Shown: positions 49,201-62,838 of the stretch, in pieces
Numbering within the stretch: the stretch's first letter is position 1
Layout: each line of letters starts with the position of its first letter
Assembly (NCBI RefSeq): GCF_030028105.1
Contig: NC_092378.1
Span: 40,217,967 to 40,281,966 of the forward strand
Source: Mobula birostris
Lineage: Eukaryota
Reading direction: 5' to 3'
DNA: 64,000 nt
Notes under the pieces: generated by a model
Database searches by the model: none
Seen by the model: the letters and a program-made list of their open reading frames with translations, nothing else
What the model was told of the DNA's origin: nothing
Translations under genes and position numbers: made by a program

Positions 49201-52200
49201 CACTACCTGCTCCTCCACCTATCTTTGTATCACATGTAAACCTGGCCACGTCATCAATTCCATCATCTGGATTATTCATATAAACTGAAAAATAGCAGAC
49301 CCAGCACCAACCTCTGCAGTCATTAGCTTCTAAAAGAATAGCTTCCAGTAGAAGTGGTAGAGGCAGGTTCGATTTTGTCATTTAAAAAAAAATGAATAGG
49401 TATATGGACAGGAAAGGAGTGGAGGGTTATGGGCTAAGTGCAGGTAGATGGGACTAGGTGAGAGTAAGCGTTCGGCACAGACTAGGAGGGCCAAGATGGC
49501 CTGTTTCTGTGCTGTAATTGTTATATGGTTATACAAACAACCAAAAATAAATACACTGTGATATTCCTATGAAGTTTTATATAGATCGATAGATACTTTG
49601 TTTGCATCACTGCACATCTGTATTTTGCACTAGTACTTTTTAATGCACATTTTGTATTTTTTTCCTACCTCAATACTTGATTTTGTATTTTAATGTATGT
49701 ACTTCTGATTACGCAACCTTGCAACAATAATTTCCTTCAGGATAAATAAGGTTTTATATTATGTTATCTTTATTGATCCCAAAGGACATCACAATGTCAC
49801 AGAAGCATTACAAGTGCACAGATACAAATAGTAAAAGAGAAGTAGAAAGAATAAAAATAAGTTATCACAAACAGTCTAACTGGGGGGGGGGGTCATCATT
49901 TCCCCAGCTATAGGTTGACTCATAATAGAGTATAATGGCCAAGGTTAACAGTGACCTCATGCAGTGCTCTTTGGAGCAGTGCAGTTATCTTAGTCTATTA
50001 CTAAAAGCGCTCCTCTGTTCAGCCAAGGTGGCATGCAGATGAGAAACACTATCCAGAATTGTCAGGATTTTCCATAGTGTCCTTTATTCTACCACAGCCT
50101 CCCAAGTGTCCAGTTTGACTCCTATAACAGAGTGAGTTTTTCTAATCAGTTTATTGAGCCTGTGGGCATCATCCGTGTGGATGCCATTGCCCCAGCACAC
50201 CACTGCACAGAAGATTGTACTGGCAACAACAGACTGGTAGAACATGTGAAGGACAGGCCAGAATTTATATAATCCAGCAGCAACATACCTGTGAAATAAT
50301 TTCTTCTATCTGGCCACAGTTGATTTTGTCTTCTATTTTTTGAATATTATGCTCCTGCAATAAGTGATACAAAAGCGGTGACTTGAAATTGCTACCTGCA
50401 TGCAAGGCCTCCCCCAACACCATCAAGTATCAGTATTCAGACAATTAAATCAGATGTATTTGCCAAGAAAAGCTAGTTCTACAATTCTTTTCAAAGAAAA
50501 TTTATATTTTCAGTAGTCACCACTTATTTTATTGTAACTGCTAATAACAAATATGTGTAATTAATTTTACATAGTGATTTTAGATTTAGATATTTAGAGA
50601 TCAGAGTTAATATAAGGGACTAAATCATGCAGAATTCAAGGCATCTTTTCAGTTTTGTCCAAGAACCTGAGGTGCTTAAATACAAATCAGGCAACACTGG
50701 ATGCAGAGAGCAAATCAGCCAGCATCAGTGGAGAGAAAAAATTTTGACATTTCAAAAGGAGGACCCTTCAGCAGAACTGGGAAAAGCGAACAAGTAAATA
50801 CGCATAGCTGCACGTGGGAGAGAGGCAGAGAAGAAACAATATAGAATAGAGACCGAGCAACACACATAACAATTACTGGTGAACGCAGCAGGCCAGGTAG
50901 CATATCTAGGAAGAGGTACAGTCGGCATTTCGGGCCGAGACCCTTCGTCAGGACTAACTGAAAGAAGAGCTAGTAAGAGATTTGAAAGTGGGAGGGGAAG
51001 ATCCGAAATGATAGGAGAAGACAGGAGGGGGAGTGATGGAGACAAGAGCTAGACAGTTGATTGGCAAAAGGGATATGAGAGGATCATGGGACAGGAGGCC
51101 TAGAGAAAGAAAGGGGGGGGGGGGAGAAGCCCAGAGGATGGGCAAGGGGTATAGTGAGAGGGACAGAGGGAGAAAAAGGAGATTGAGAAAAAAAGAAAGT
51201 GTGTATATAAATAAATAACAGATGGGGTACGAGGAGGAGGTGGAGCATTAGCGGAAGTTTGAGAAGTCAATGTTCATGCTATTAGGTTGGAGGCTACCCA
51301 GACGGAATATAAGGTGGTGTTCCTCCAACCTGAGTGTGGCTTCATCTTGACAGTAGAGGAGGCTGTGGATAGACATGTCAAAAAGAAGCCTTAAAACAGG
51401 GAAATGGTAGTCAACTTACTGTTTTGATCATGTTAATTCTTTCATTGATGATCTGCTCAGTGTACTTCCTATATGCTGCTTCTGGAGGGATTGACTCAAG
51501 TACTGTGAGGACTCTTGTGTACAAAATTTTCAATTGCTGTAAAAAAAAATATATTTGAAGCATAAACTCTTATGGTATACTACTTTTAATCTCTCCATAG
51601 TTCATATTTCAGGATGTTAGTTCCTCTAGTAAGAAGCTATAAAGAGTAGATGCTACAATGCCCTTTCAGTGCCTCAGAATGGCTGTACTAGTTTAAAATT
51701 AGGAAACATAGAAAATGAGATGCTGTAATTAAAGCTTTAAGGAGAATCTCTTCCTGACATTGTTTTTGGTATCAACGTAAAATCTGGTTTAACAATAAAA
51801 TATTAAGTGTCAAAAAATACTTATTTTGAAAGAAAGTCAACACTTTCCAAATGTGGCATGTATGGACCCACTAGAAAAAAGGAGCTGGACAAAAATTTCA
51901 TATCTGATCATGTCTCCAGTTATACGAAGGGTACTGTGATAATTGATAGCAGGATGCTTATTTGGCTATTAGAATGCAATTAATCTTGTCTTTAGCAATA
52001 CTACTTTAAATGTATTAGAACAAATACATACTAGAGGGTGAGAAGAAAATACCATTATGTGAAAATCAGTCATCCATTGTTTACACTAGCATTGGAGAAT
52101 CAAATGATCAGAATTTTCTTTGATTAAAAAGTATGCACATTTTTGAATAACAATAAACCTCTCAAATTCTGCATCTATGTATAGCTTCTTGTGATTCCAC

Positions 52201-53394
52201 CATGAATCATATCCTAGAGTGGAGACAGGTTAGAGAATCAGTCCTTGATTTTAGACAGAAATATTAATTTGAACTTTGAACTATAATTTCACTATCAATG
52301 TTTCCTTTTGGATATTCTAATCAGTCAAATGATAAGCTTACAAAAAGGACAGTAGGCTTCCTTTTTGCTCACCCTTTGTTCTGCAAAAGCCGCTGCCTGA
52401 ATTCCAGCCACACATTTCAAGCATGGGAGTTTAGAAAAAAAATTCACTAATCACATATATTGAACTTATTTTGCAGCTCAGTCATTTTTACACATTACAG
52501 CACTAAATAAATTTACAAGGATCATACCTCAAGAGGATTCTGGGCCACAGCAAGACCCACCAGTCCAGTGGTCTGCAGAAAAGAAAGTGGATTATTTTAT
52601 GTTCTAAGTGTACTCATGGATATTCCATCATTTTCTTGTCCCCTCCTTATAATACACCTTTTCTCTGTCACTTGTTCTTTTTTCATTTACCACCTTGATT
52701 CTATGACCTACAGACCCAGTTTCAGAGACTCTTGACAACTCATGTTCTTAGTATTATTTTTAGTTTCACAGTTTGTGTTCTTTTGCACATCAGTGGTTGC
52801 CAGTTTATGTATATGTTCCATAAATTCAATTTCATTTATTTATACTTAACTCTGATAATAAATTTGCTTTAAACTTTGACCCTCTCCCCGTCATTTTCTC
52901 TCCATTTTAATATAATTTTCTCCAATTCTCCACGGTTCTCCTGTGTCTCGTTTTCCCATTTACTCAAGCCCATACATACTTCCTCACTCATCTTTTTACA
53001 GTATTTCCCTTTCATCCTTCTTATCATCTCCCTTTCCCGATCTGTCTTCTGCACTTCGTCCCCTTAAATGACTCCCTGGATCCCTTAAATTATCCCTTAT
53101 ACTTTATTTCTCTGCCTGTCCTCCATCTCTTCCACGTCTCCCTCCTCCCCTACATTTGATTCTCAGTGTGATCAGCTCCATCCCATCTGTTTACCCTCTA
53201 CTGACTGCCCTCCGCCTTCCCTAACCTTTTCCTCCCTCTCAATCCCCGCCACGCTCACCACCTTAGTCCAACCATTTCCTTCTCTCTTCTTACATCCCCA
53301 TACAATTGCCCTGCTCCTTGCACATTTATCCCCGCCCTCTAAATTCACAACCCCCTCCCTGACCTCCACTCACTTTCTTAAGGACTCCGGCCAT
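43192..53394 (-). CDS. NDUFA5: NADH:ubiquinone oxidoreductase subunit A5 (complex I B13), complete, 116 aa
   Basis: Exons 53374-53394, 52528-52572, 51420-51536, 50289-50354 and 43192-43293 (21/45/117/66/102 nt, all GT-AG, phase 0). They splice to [116 protein letters not shown]. Confidence 0.98.
43500..44780 (+). mobile_element. Degenerate Penelope-like retroelement in NDUFA5 intron 4
   Basis: YIDD RT motif, FYKPTDSH and [10 protein letters not shown]; downstream endonuclease-like region and pyrimidine-rich 3' part. Confidence 0.75.
44780..45987 (-). mobile_element. Young CR1 ORF2 fragment running into the gap
   Basis: [51 protein letters not shown]. Confidence 0.93.
45988..46308. other. 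Assembly gap (321 N)
   Basis: Run of n characters. Confidence 1.
46684..48256 (+). mobile_element. Full-length degenerate Tc1 transposon with long (~200 bp) TIRs
   Basis: TA|CAGTGG...CCACTG|TA. Transposase remnants ([44 protein letters not shown]) with frameshifts and stops. Confidence 0.93.
48385..49322 (-). mobile_element. Old CR1 3' part
   Basis: DTKIGG motif and CR1 C-terminal remnants on the minus strand. A plus-strand CR1 tail follows at ~49335-49532. Confidence 0.75.
49770..50260 (-). mobile_element. Rex1/Babar-like 3' fragment
   Basis: Minus-strand [19 protein letters not shown]-type sequence, like that at 25300-25350. Confidence 0.7.
50289..50354 (-). CDS. NDUFA5: NDUFA5 exon 4
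   Basis: [22 protein letters not shown], bounded by ttattgcag and gtatgt. Confidence 0.97.
50856..51378 (-). mobile_element. Penelope-derived repeat
   Basis: Reverse complement of the 40345-41280 flanks (ctgacgaagggtctcggcccgaaa motif). Confidence 0.75.
51420..51536 (-). CDS. NDUFA5: NDUFA5 exon 3
   Basis: QLKILYT...[10 protein letters not shown]..., bounded by tttttacag and gtaagt. Confidence 0.97.
52528..52572 (-). CDS. NDUFA5: NDUFA5 exon 2
   Basis: [15 protein letters not shown], bounded by ttttctgcag and gtatga. Confidence 0.97.
53374..53394 (-). CDS. NDUFA5: NDUFA5 coding exon 1 (MAGVLKK)
   Basis: accATGG Kozak context and AAA|gtgagt donor. Confidence 0.96.
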
Positions 53395-53800
53395 GGTTGC
53401 AGCGGTGGATTGTGGGACCGCCTCCAGCCCAGTTAAACGAGCGCCGAGCTGCCGCCGGTTCCAGACTCGATGAGTGGAGTGCCGAGAGCTGGGAGACGGG
53501 AGGCCGACTAGCCAGTGGGTTGGTGCCTGGATTTGGCCGTCAGCCGCCGACCTTGAATCCGCCACAGGCCCAGCGGGTTGTGGACAGGGGAGGGTGCAGC
53601 TGCTGCTGTTTCTGCGGGTGGGAGTGTGCGAAGTGGGGATCGCGGGGTGGTAACTTCATCGGAGGCTGTTCGGCCCTACAAGTGAGTGCTGGCCCCTTGA
53701 GTAGTCCCATTACACGAAGGCACTGATTGATTATCTTCCCCGCCCTGAGTTACAGATGTCGAGTGTTTCGGCCTGTCACTGTCTCCCTGGCCCTCCAACC
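53380..53800. promoter_or_regulatory. CpG-island promoter of NDUFA5, possibly bidirectional with ASB15
   Basis: The only strongly GC/CpG-rich non-repeat segment. Contains GC-box-like ccgcc motifs. A plus-strand donor CAA|gtgagt at 53682 could end a non-coding exon. Confidence 0.75.
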
Positions 53801-56800
53801 ATCAGATCAAGGCTCAGATTCTCTCTCTTTTAAAACAGCCGTGAATCTGTATTTTTTTTATCATACGGTTGACATAAAATGTTAATATTCGTTTACTTCT
53901 TAGATGCTGTCTGAGCTACTGCGCCATTTTAAAGGGAAGTTTTTTCTTTGTTTTAGATCTTCTGTCAACTTTTGCTGCTCCAACGAAATCCGTTCCCCCT
54001 CCTTTCAAACTCTTGGAACTATTTCAATAAGTCTCTCCCATGCCCTGCTTTGAATGTTCACGTCTTTTTTAAAGTGTGGTGACCAGGATTGGACGTAAAA
54101 CTTCACCTGTGGCCTCACCAGTGCTTTGTACAGGTCCAACGTAACTTCCCTGTTTTGTGATGCCATAAGCTTTACAAAATATCTTTCTCAGTATTTCTTA
54201 GAGAGGCAGAGAGAGTTTATGTGTGTTTATATATTAATGCAATAAACACCATGTGTTTTACTTGGAAACACATAAAGATATTCAACTTTTAGGGGGAAAG
54301 TGTGCATGTACAGTGTTCCAGTGCATGAATAAACATCCTTATATGCATGAATTAAGCTGAAAAATTATGGGCATGCATTGGGGTACAAGAATGGGATTTT
54401 GTTTTTGCGGAATTAGTATACCTGCCCTAAAGTTAATAATATACTTACCCTTGCGTCTTTTGATGACAAGAACTTGTAGAGCCAATTGTAACTTGTAAGA
54501 AGTCCTATAAAAATATCTGCAATCTTCCAAAATAAAGCACTTTTGCCTACACGACCTGAATGGTAACAAAGAAAACCTGTATTACGATAGCGCTTTTCAC
54601 AATCTCAAGGTATTCAAATTACTCCATAGTCATTTGAGCACATTTGAATTTGAGAATAAAAAACAACATATAATAAGTACCATAACAGAACAGAAGAGCC
54701 CTCACAGCACATTGTCCATATGAATTGCACAGAACCTACAGTGGTGAAATTCACATAGACAGTTGCTCCTGTTCAAAATGTGAGTTTGTTGTCACATGAA
54801 CAGGTACAATGAAAAACTTACTTGCCATGCAGCACAGGCACGTAGCATCAGATAGAAAATGTTCACAAGGGAAACAAATTAAACAAGAGCGGACACAATT
54901 AGAACAAAAAGAAACAAAGTCCATTGTGGTGCAAAGTAATCACAGTGTTGCTGTACTAGGGTAGAGATTAAGGTTGTGGAGATTGATTCAGCCTAACGTA
55001 GCTGTTATTGAACCTGGTGGTGTGGGATTTAAGGCCTCTGTTAAAGTTAAACTTTAAGCAAATATTCTTAGCTTTCTGTTGGAAACTAAAACCAGTCTCC
55101 AGTTCTTAATGTAAATTGCAAGCAGCAATCAGTTTGAAGTTGGAGGCACAGCTTTGCAAAGTGAAGTAACCAGAAGACTTTTGTCTGCATTAGCCAAACA
55201 CAGGACAATGGGGTTATGTCACTATCTATATCAAACATGATTATAAATTGGGTTGTTTGTGTACTCAGACGGTGAACCCTCACAGCAGCAGTTGTAGATA
55301 TTTAGGATCTCTGTCAACAGAAGTTTTTAAGACCATTTGTGCGAGTTACTTTGTTCCTTCAAAGTATCTGAAAAACATCAGATGCAGATTATATAATCTA
55401 ATAGAAAATAATATAAATATCAGGAGCATTGATAGGAATAGCAAAGAGAATGTCAGAAAGATAGGGTTATAGAAAGAAGAACTAGAATTCAGTCCCCAAC
55501 ATTCAGTTTCTGTGATGGGCAACTCATTTGTCTGCAACTCATTGGTATGTTCTTCTAGTTCGTAAAATTGTACCTGTGTTTTGAAATATTTTGTAGTTTG
55601 TAAACCTTTTGTAATTCAGAAATCTTTTATAAATTAGGAATCCTCTGAGTGTTAAGTGTGTGTTAAGACATATTTTTCTGCACTTAAATGTGTTTCCTTA
55701 GAAATAAAGTATACTGTTATAAACTACTTCATTTGCTGGAAATATTTCATCCTTGGTAAGCTCAGGATACCACCATTCATGCAGAGACTTTTGCCAGGTA
55801 AACATTGCTGTAGAAGTTAGACAAGGAAGTAAGCTAGTCCTTGAAGAGTAGGTGGATACAGTATAACCTTCCTGTAGTGAGGGTTCCCATGGATGCTTAG
55901 TGCCCTGCTCTACTCACGTTACACTTACGATTGTGTGGCTAAGCACAGCTCTAATGCCATGTTCAAGTTTGCTGACAACATCAATGTTGGAGGGAGATTG
56001 AAAATCTGATTAAGTGGTGCTATAACAACAACCTTTTATTCGATGTCAGCAAGACCAAGCTACTGATTATTGACTTCAGGAGGAGGAAGTTTACTTTAAA
56101 CTTTGAGCTTTCTGCTGCCAATTCACTGATTTAGACTGTCATATATTTGCCCTCCTTACCCTCCTTGAAGTTGCTACAATACTAATGTACAAAATTTACA
56201 GTATTAATAATCAGTAATGCAAAACAGACCTCAGCTTTTAGCACTGTTAGCTAGGCTCTAGTTCAACCTAAAAACTGGATCTGTATTATATATAAATTTC
56301 TTTATTTTTTTTATATAGGATTTATTGTTTTTTCTAAGAAAATACTAATTAAGACAACTTTCCGAATTAATACCAATCCTACTTCTGTCAGCTTTGATTA
56401 TTAATAAATTATTATCAAAACACTTATGGAACTTTAAAATTAACACTCAAATAATACAATGCAGGGGAATTGTTCACAATGTATGCTTCAGTAGTTTTAA
56501 TTTTCTGTATTGATCATCAGTTGGTCTTAAAATAATTTATTGCCCTTTTAATTAAATTCCACCACAGTAACATTCTCGAAATCTAAAGTTTGTCTCAACC
56601 AACTTCCTCCCATATGATAATTGTTCATTTCTTTTTCCCTAGATTTCCCACCCACTGTTCAACATGGAACTACTTGAAAAAATAATTTCATTCTTTTGAA
56701 GATATTACGTTGAATATTTATGTTAGTGCCCTATTTATACTTAATCTGACTACCAAACAGATATCTTGATCTTATATTTTGAAAGCCTTTAGATCTTCAA

Positions 56801-58579
56801 TATTAAACTCTTACTACTTGCTTTCTTTAGTTTTGTCTTGGGCAGCATAAATTTCAACTGTACAGATATTCCTTTAATTTCCATTTTGCAGTTGTCATAC
56901 CCAATATCTAACAAAGCAATCTAATTTTTATAGGTTCAAGGTTTGCAATTTTGAAGAATGATATTTTTGTGCCACTTTAATCTCACAATTCTTTCAATTT
57001 CAATAAAATGCAATGAGTAAGTAAACAGTTTTATATCTTCTCCAAACTGTAGTGTTCAATATAAAATATAATTTTAAGTTCTATGATGATCAATAGCCAT
57101 TTGAAACATAAATAGGTAGGTAAAATATTGAAATTGGAGACTAGGAAGAAAAACAAAAATGTTGTCAGAGAGGTGTGTTTTGAAGTAATCTCGCAAGGGG
57201 AGAGGAAATACAATGACAAAATTAAAATAGCCTGGAGGCTGAATTGGATTTTTGGCAAGATCATATTCTTTCTAGTAAAATATTGTAGTTCTTTCAAGAC
57301 TGGATATGGACAACTATCCACTTACAGATATGCAGTGGAGAACTCTGGACAGATGACAAAGTGAAAATTCATTATTGTTATCGTACAAATGGAAGCAGGC
57401 CTGCAGCTGTAAATGAAATGGACAAGAGCCAGTTTCTGCTTTAAGGGAGAAGCAAAAGATAGGTCCTTGAGGAGCTTTCATCATGCAGGGTTTGGAAGAG
57501 CTCAAGATATTCTGGATAAAATTCACTTGCTAAGTATGGAATTAAGCAAGGGCTTACTCAATGCAAACTGGATTTCACAGGTGCAGCAAAGGAGGACAAT
57601 GGTGTGATTATGTATATCAAATGTGAAGCTGAAGAGGAATAATGCAATATTACAATCACAGAGATTTGAAAAGAGTGTTTTTGGCAGAAACCGACCCTGA
57701 TTAGAGATCTTAATCTGGAAGCCATGGAAAAAGATGGACGTTAGACAACAGATTTTGGAACTTTGGAGAAATTACACAGGATGACTGTTAGCTGAAAAGG
57801 GAATGGTTAAAGTTGATTTTCTGTGAAGTGGATAATTTTGCCAGTTTTAAAATGAGAAGCCATTTACAAAATCTACAATCATGGGATATTGGAGGAAGGT
57901 TGGATGGAATATGGTCCAAGAGCAGATACTGGCTTAGGCATAAAATAAGCTTGAGGAAGAGCAAATTGTTGCAAACAATGGGAACAATTTGAGAGGGGCA
58001 TGCAGATTTAAAGCTATGGAAATCCAGAGCCTTGGAGAATTTTTCATTTGATGGAAAAGAAGGAGGCAGAAAGGTAGTTGAACAGGTGGTTTCTAATTTA
58101 GTATGGAAAAAGTCTTTCACTGATTGTGGAAGGGACTGCGACAGTACTCAATTACTTAACATCCCTCATTCAAAAGTCTTTTCAAACTCTGACTAATTTT
58201 TCAAACTCTTCCTAAATTCCTCCTCTATTGTTATTTCATGCTGATCCTTTTCATCTTTTTCAATGGCATGCTTTGCAACCGTAAAAAAATTCAGATAGAA
58301 CTTTTTAAAATAAATACATTTTAAATTGAACGCTCATGGCTTCATCTGGAAAGAATATGTGGTGAGATTCTGGATCAGTGATGAAAACTGGGAACCAAGT
58401 GATCTTTTGTAAAAATCCGTTATTCCAAATTAGCATTTTCAATGTAATAGATCTTCTCACTTTCCTTATAATCATGTCCCTCACTTGTAGTCTATTGTTA
58501 TCCTATACATATTAATCATTGCTCTTATTTTATCCTCTTCCTGTTAGCATTTAGTGCAGATTACTTTAACCTCAAGATA

Positions 58580-61182
58580 ATGGATATGAACACTAACTTG
58601 ACCAATGATCATCTGACTCAGTATGCAATCCAGCTGAGTTTACAAGAAGCCAGTAATCAGTCAACTCAGTATTATGAAAGGTAACTCTTTTGCAGAATGG
58701 AATCTAAATTTATAATAAAAAGATTTATTCTCATATTCAATGTATTAATTTTGAAAAGAGCCAGCATTAATTAGTGGTAAAGGGAAACCTTTTAGATTAG
58801 GGGAAGTCCACAGCGCTGTTCCACAAGGTTTAGAGCGGGTCTTGTGATGTTCATAATTTACATGGGATTAAATAACTCTGTATGGAAATCTGCAGATGAA
58901 TTTGAAGACTGCAGAATGTAGCCAATGTATAAAGGTAAACTTTAGATCAAACACTAGGCTAAATGTCTGAGCATTATCAGCACCTTAGACATAAGAATTT
59001 GTCTGAGATAAAATCCCAGAGAAATGTAGACTTCGAGGTAAATAAATTATTTCTACAGGTAGAGTATTAATCTCAGTGAAGACAGATGAATGTATACAGG
59101 ACCATGGACAGCCTGCACCTGGAGTACCACTCACATTCCAGTCTCTAAAGTGTAACAAGGACATGGGTGTACAGGTGGGGGATGCAGAAAACATAATTAC
59201 AGAAATGAACAATAGGTATAGTGAAAGGTTGAATAAGTTGTGTAGAAAAAATTCCTAGAGAAGATATCAATGTTATTATTAAAATTAGGAATGAGTTGGA
59301 CAGGAGGGAATGTTTGCACTTGTGAAAATTCATCCAAGGTTATTATTAATCTTGAATACTAATTTATTACTAATAAATTCAATAGAGAATTTATTTTCTC
59401 AGTGAATATTTAGAATGTGGCACTGCCACTGCAAATGGTTGAGGCAGATAACTTTAATGGTTTATTTCAGAAGCTAGATCAGCACAAGAGAAAGAATACT
59501 GAAAAGATGAAAGAAATACAGTGAATGGAATGAGAGAGATATGGAGAGGAAACACCAGGGAGAATAGATGGGCCAAGTGGCCCATTTCTGCACTGTTCAT
59601 TCCATGGAATAATTTCAAGTGATCCAGAATAAAACTTTTGTCCATGTTGTGATTCTTTTTATAGCATTTTACCACCCAGCCAAGAAAACAGACAGATCGT
59701 GAAAGCAATCAGGCAAGGTATGCAGACTGGCTTTCATGTGATGTGGTTTATGATGCTGCAGCTCACAATGAATAGTCATTTTGTTTCTTTTTATTCTAGG
59801 AGATATTCTTGAGCTACAGCGACTGATTGAACATAAGTTTGCCTTGGATGAAGCAGACGAGAAGGGGTGGTTTCCATTGCATGAAGCTGCTGTTCAGCCC
59901 ATTCAACAAGTGCTTGAGATTATATTAGATGGTGAGTAGATAATTAGGCTGTAGTGCAGTAAAATATTACCTATGACTCGGTATTCACAATACTGTAAAA
60001 CTTCTCAGTTCAGAACAAAGGCATATTCAGATAACATCTTTAATATAACAAAGATATTTCACAGGAAGAAAATTTGGTTCAAAACAGAGGGGTAAATTAT
60101 GAAGTTTAGGAAGGAGGTCCTTGAGGTTCCATTGGTAGCTAAAAGCACAAACAACAGAGGTGAAGTAATTGAGACTGGGAATGATCAAAAGGTCGGAAAT
60201 GGATGAGGGCATTATCATAGGTTGTTTAGTGTGGGAGAGATGTCTGATTCTGAAGATAAGAAGGGATGAAGCTTTAGAGAGATTTGACAGAATTTACAAT
60301 TGAAGCATTGCTGACAAGGAACCAACATAAGTCAGGAAACAGATGGGGGTTTGAATGTCTTAAAGCAGTGAGCATGATTCATGAGCAGATGTCACTCTAA
60401 TCCTTTATTTGATTGTCCATTATTTCTTTGTGAACCTCAACTACAAGTAATAACAAGGTATCATAGTTCAGAAGCCATTTTAGTGGGATTCAATCCTGGC
60501 TTCAATAGATGTTGACCTATTTGCATTTCAAACAAGGAATTATGGATAGCAGTATGGAATGAACTCTCACTTCAGGTTTTCCAGGAGAAGTTGAGCTTCA
60601 TCAGCTGCCCTAATTCAGATAAAGCCACTCAGCACAAAATCACCGACTATATTTATGACTTCCCGGCTCAGTGAAGCTTAGGGATAATATTTCATCCCTG
60701 GAGCTCAATTATATTTTAATTGAAGTGCACCATTTCCCGAAGTGATTAGGGTAAAACTATTTTCCAACAGTGAATTGGATATTTTGGTAACCATTATCTC
60801 ATAATGTGCTTATAACGAACAGCATGGTGTCTTTTCAGCTGGTGTAGCAGTTACTGTCAAACCATTGTACCCATGCTTGTTCTGCAAATAATCTTTTATA
60901 AAAGAGTAGTTCCCAATTTCAAACTAGGTATTCTATTTTCAATGTAATTGTGGAGGTGAGTGGAAGTAAAAGGGAGTTTAGTATATAAACGGGTCCTTCT
61001 GTGTTCCGCATTGTTAATTTTAGCATCATATAAAACAATCTGGCAACAAAAGACTGAAGATGGGGAAACTCCACTTACTTTGGCTGCTGCAGCTGGCATA
61101 CTGGGGAATGTGCAGGCTCTTTTGGAGAAGCGGATTTGTCCCAATATTACTAACAACAAAGGAGAAACACCCCTATTGATTG
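58580..61182 (+). CDS. ASB15: Ankyrin repeat and SOCS box protein 15, first four coding exons
   Basis: Exons 58580-58680, 59665-59717, 59800-59931 and 61024-61182 splice in frame (GT-AG). They give [24 protein letters not shown]...[115 protein letters not shown], matching recalled ASB15. Synteny with NDUFA5 agrees. Confidence 0.93.
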
Positions 61183-62403
61183 GTGAGTAGATTTTTTTGA
61201 ATATGATTCTCCTCCATCCCATCCCTTTCTTTCCTAACCTTTTTTTACTGGATGTGGATCAAATGCTAGAAGAGTGGAGCTGTCATTATCAAATCTGATC
61301 ATGTTCACATACAACATAAACTCGTGCATCCTTCTAGCAGGGATTCCTAGCTGGCTTTGTTTCTCCATTAACTCTTTAAAAGATCTATGCCTAGAAATCT
61401 AGTAGTATTTTGATACTGACATCTCCAGATTCTGCAGACCTGCAATATTCAGAAAAAAAATCAAAGCACAATTTAGGAAGGTATTCTGGCATAGCGTGTA
61501 AATTTCTTTGCACACCACTAAAGAATAATAGGAGAATTTTCACTTTAACAGTGATCAAAAACTAGCTGGTCACTGGATTAAAAAAGAACCAGATATGATG
61601 ATTTATTGTTAGAGGCCTCATTTTCAATAAACCCATCAGAATCTCAATAACATTTGCAAATTGGGGAACCAAAATGTCAGTTGTTTTACTAGAAGAACTA
61701 AAACAGAGCAACTTGTGCTTTACTTTGGTTTAGAGATGTACAGCATGGGAATAGGACATTCAGCCTGCCTCATCCCTACTGTCCAACGGGAACCCAGCAA
61801 TACTAATCTCATTTTCCAGCACTTAGCCTATGATTCAAGTGCTCAACTATAGATTTCTTAAATACTGTTAGAAGCCCAACTTCAAGCACCCTTTACTCAC
61901 CAGTCTGGGTGGAAAATGTTCCCATATTATCCCCTGTGAATTTCTAAATCTATGTCCTCTTGTCCCTTCTAATTTTCATGTTTCTATATTTCAATAATTT
62001 GTGTGATTTCAAAGCAAAATGAGATGGGACTGTTCTTTTTTGAGTTTGCACTCTTATTCTTGATTGACCATGTCAGCGTAGCACTGGTGTGGAGCTAAAA
62101 TCATGTCAGGCTGATGCTAAATATGCACTTAATTCATTCCTAATATTTGAAATAAATTCTGGTGTCAACGCTATATTTAAAAATGTTATTGCAATCAGGA
62201 CACCTTTCATCTGAAGACATGCAATAACCATCCAACAAAAGAATTAAGAAATAAAATAGTTATGGATTTATCTCGAGAAACAAAGCAACACATTTCAATG
62301 TGATTCTGTAACCTCCCCACCCCTCTCTCCACCCTAATAGATATACTGCACATTGTAAAATAATACCATTAGCAATTGTTGTGCTTATAATTTGTTCCAT
62401 CAG

Positions 62404-62650
62404 CTGTGCTACAAGGTCTCATGGGATTTAGTTGCAGCTGGTAGTCTTTGAATAAAGACCCTTTTCTAAAGATGCACACTGTTGAGTCATTGCACCTGTC
62501 CACAACAGAAAGTTATGCAGAAAAGAGAATGACAACAGTGAAATATAATTGCCGAACAATAACAGTCGTGGGAAGTCCTGGGTTAATATTCTGTACTGAC
62601 ACAATTTTAGATCTGTCTGTATCCTGGGAAAGCCTGTAGTCAAATTGTGG
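62404..62650 (+). pseudogene. ASB15: Disrupted next exon of ASB15 (frameshift and stops)
   Basis: Good acceptor tttgttccatcag, then (A)VLQG, one extra base, then SWDLVAA, resembling ASB15 AVKKGSYDMVST. The in-frame reading stops at TAG after ~12 codons, and the downstream ankyrin motif is not recoverable. End coordinate is approximate. Confidence 0.55.
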
Positions 62651-62838
62651 CTACAGGAAAATGTTGCATTGCAGATTTCCAAATTTTGCATTTGCTACTG
62701 ATCCTGGTTAAAATTTGCCTTGGATATTTTTCCATTTTCATATTGCTTTTAAAAGTCAAGATAATCAGACAGCATCAGTGATGCAATCCTCAGTGCACAC
62801 CATTTCTAGCATTGCTGTGTATAGAAGCTTTTGGAGTA

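Noticed and set aside
53326-53726. GC-rich ORFs around the NDUFA5 start
   Set aside because: Stop-poor CpG-island sequence; only MAGVLKK is supported by homology and a donor site.
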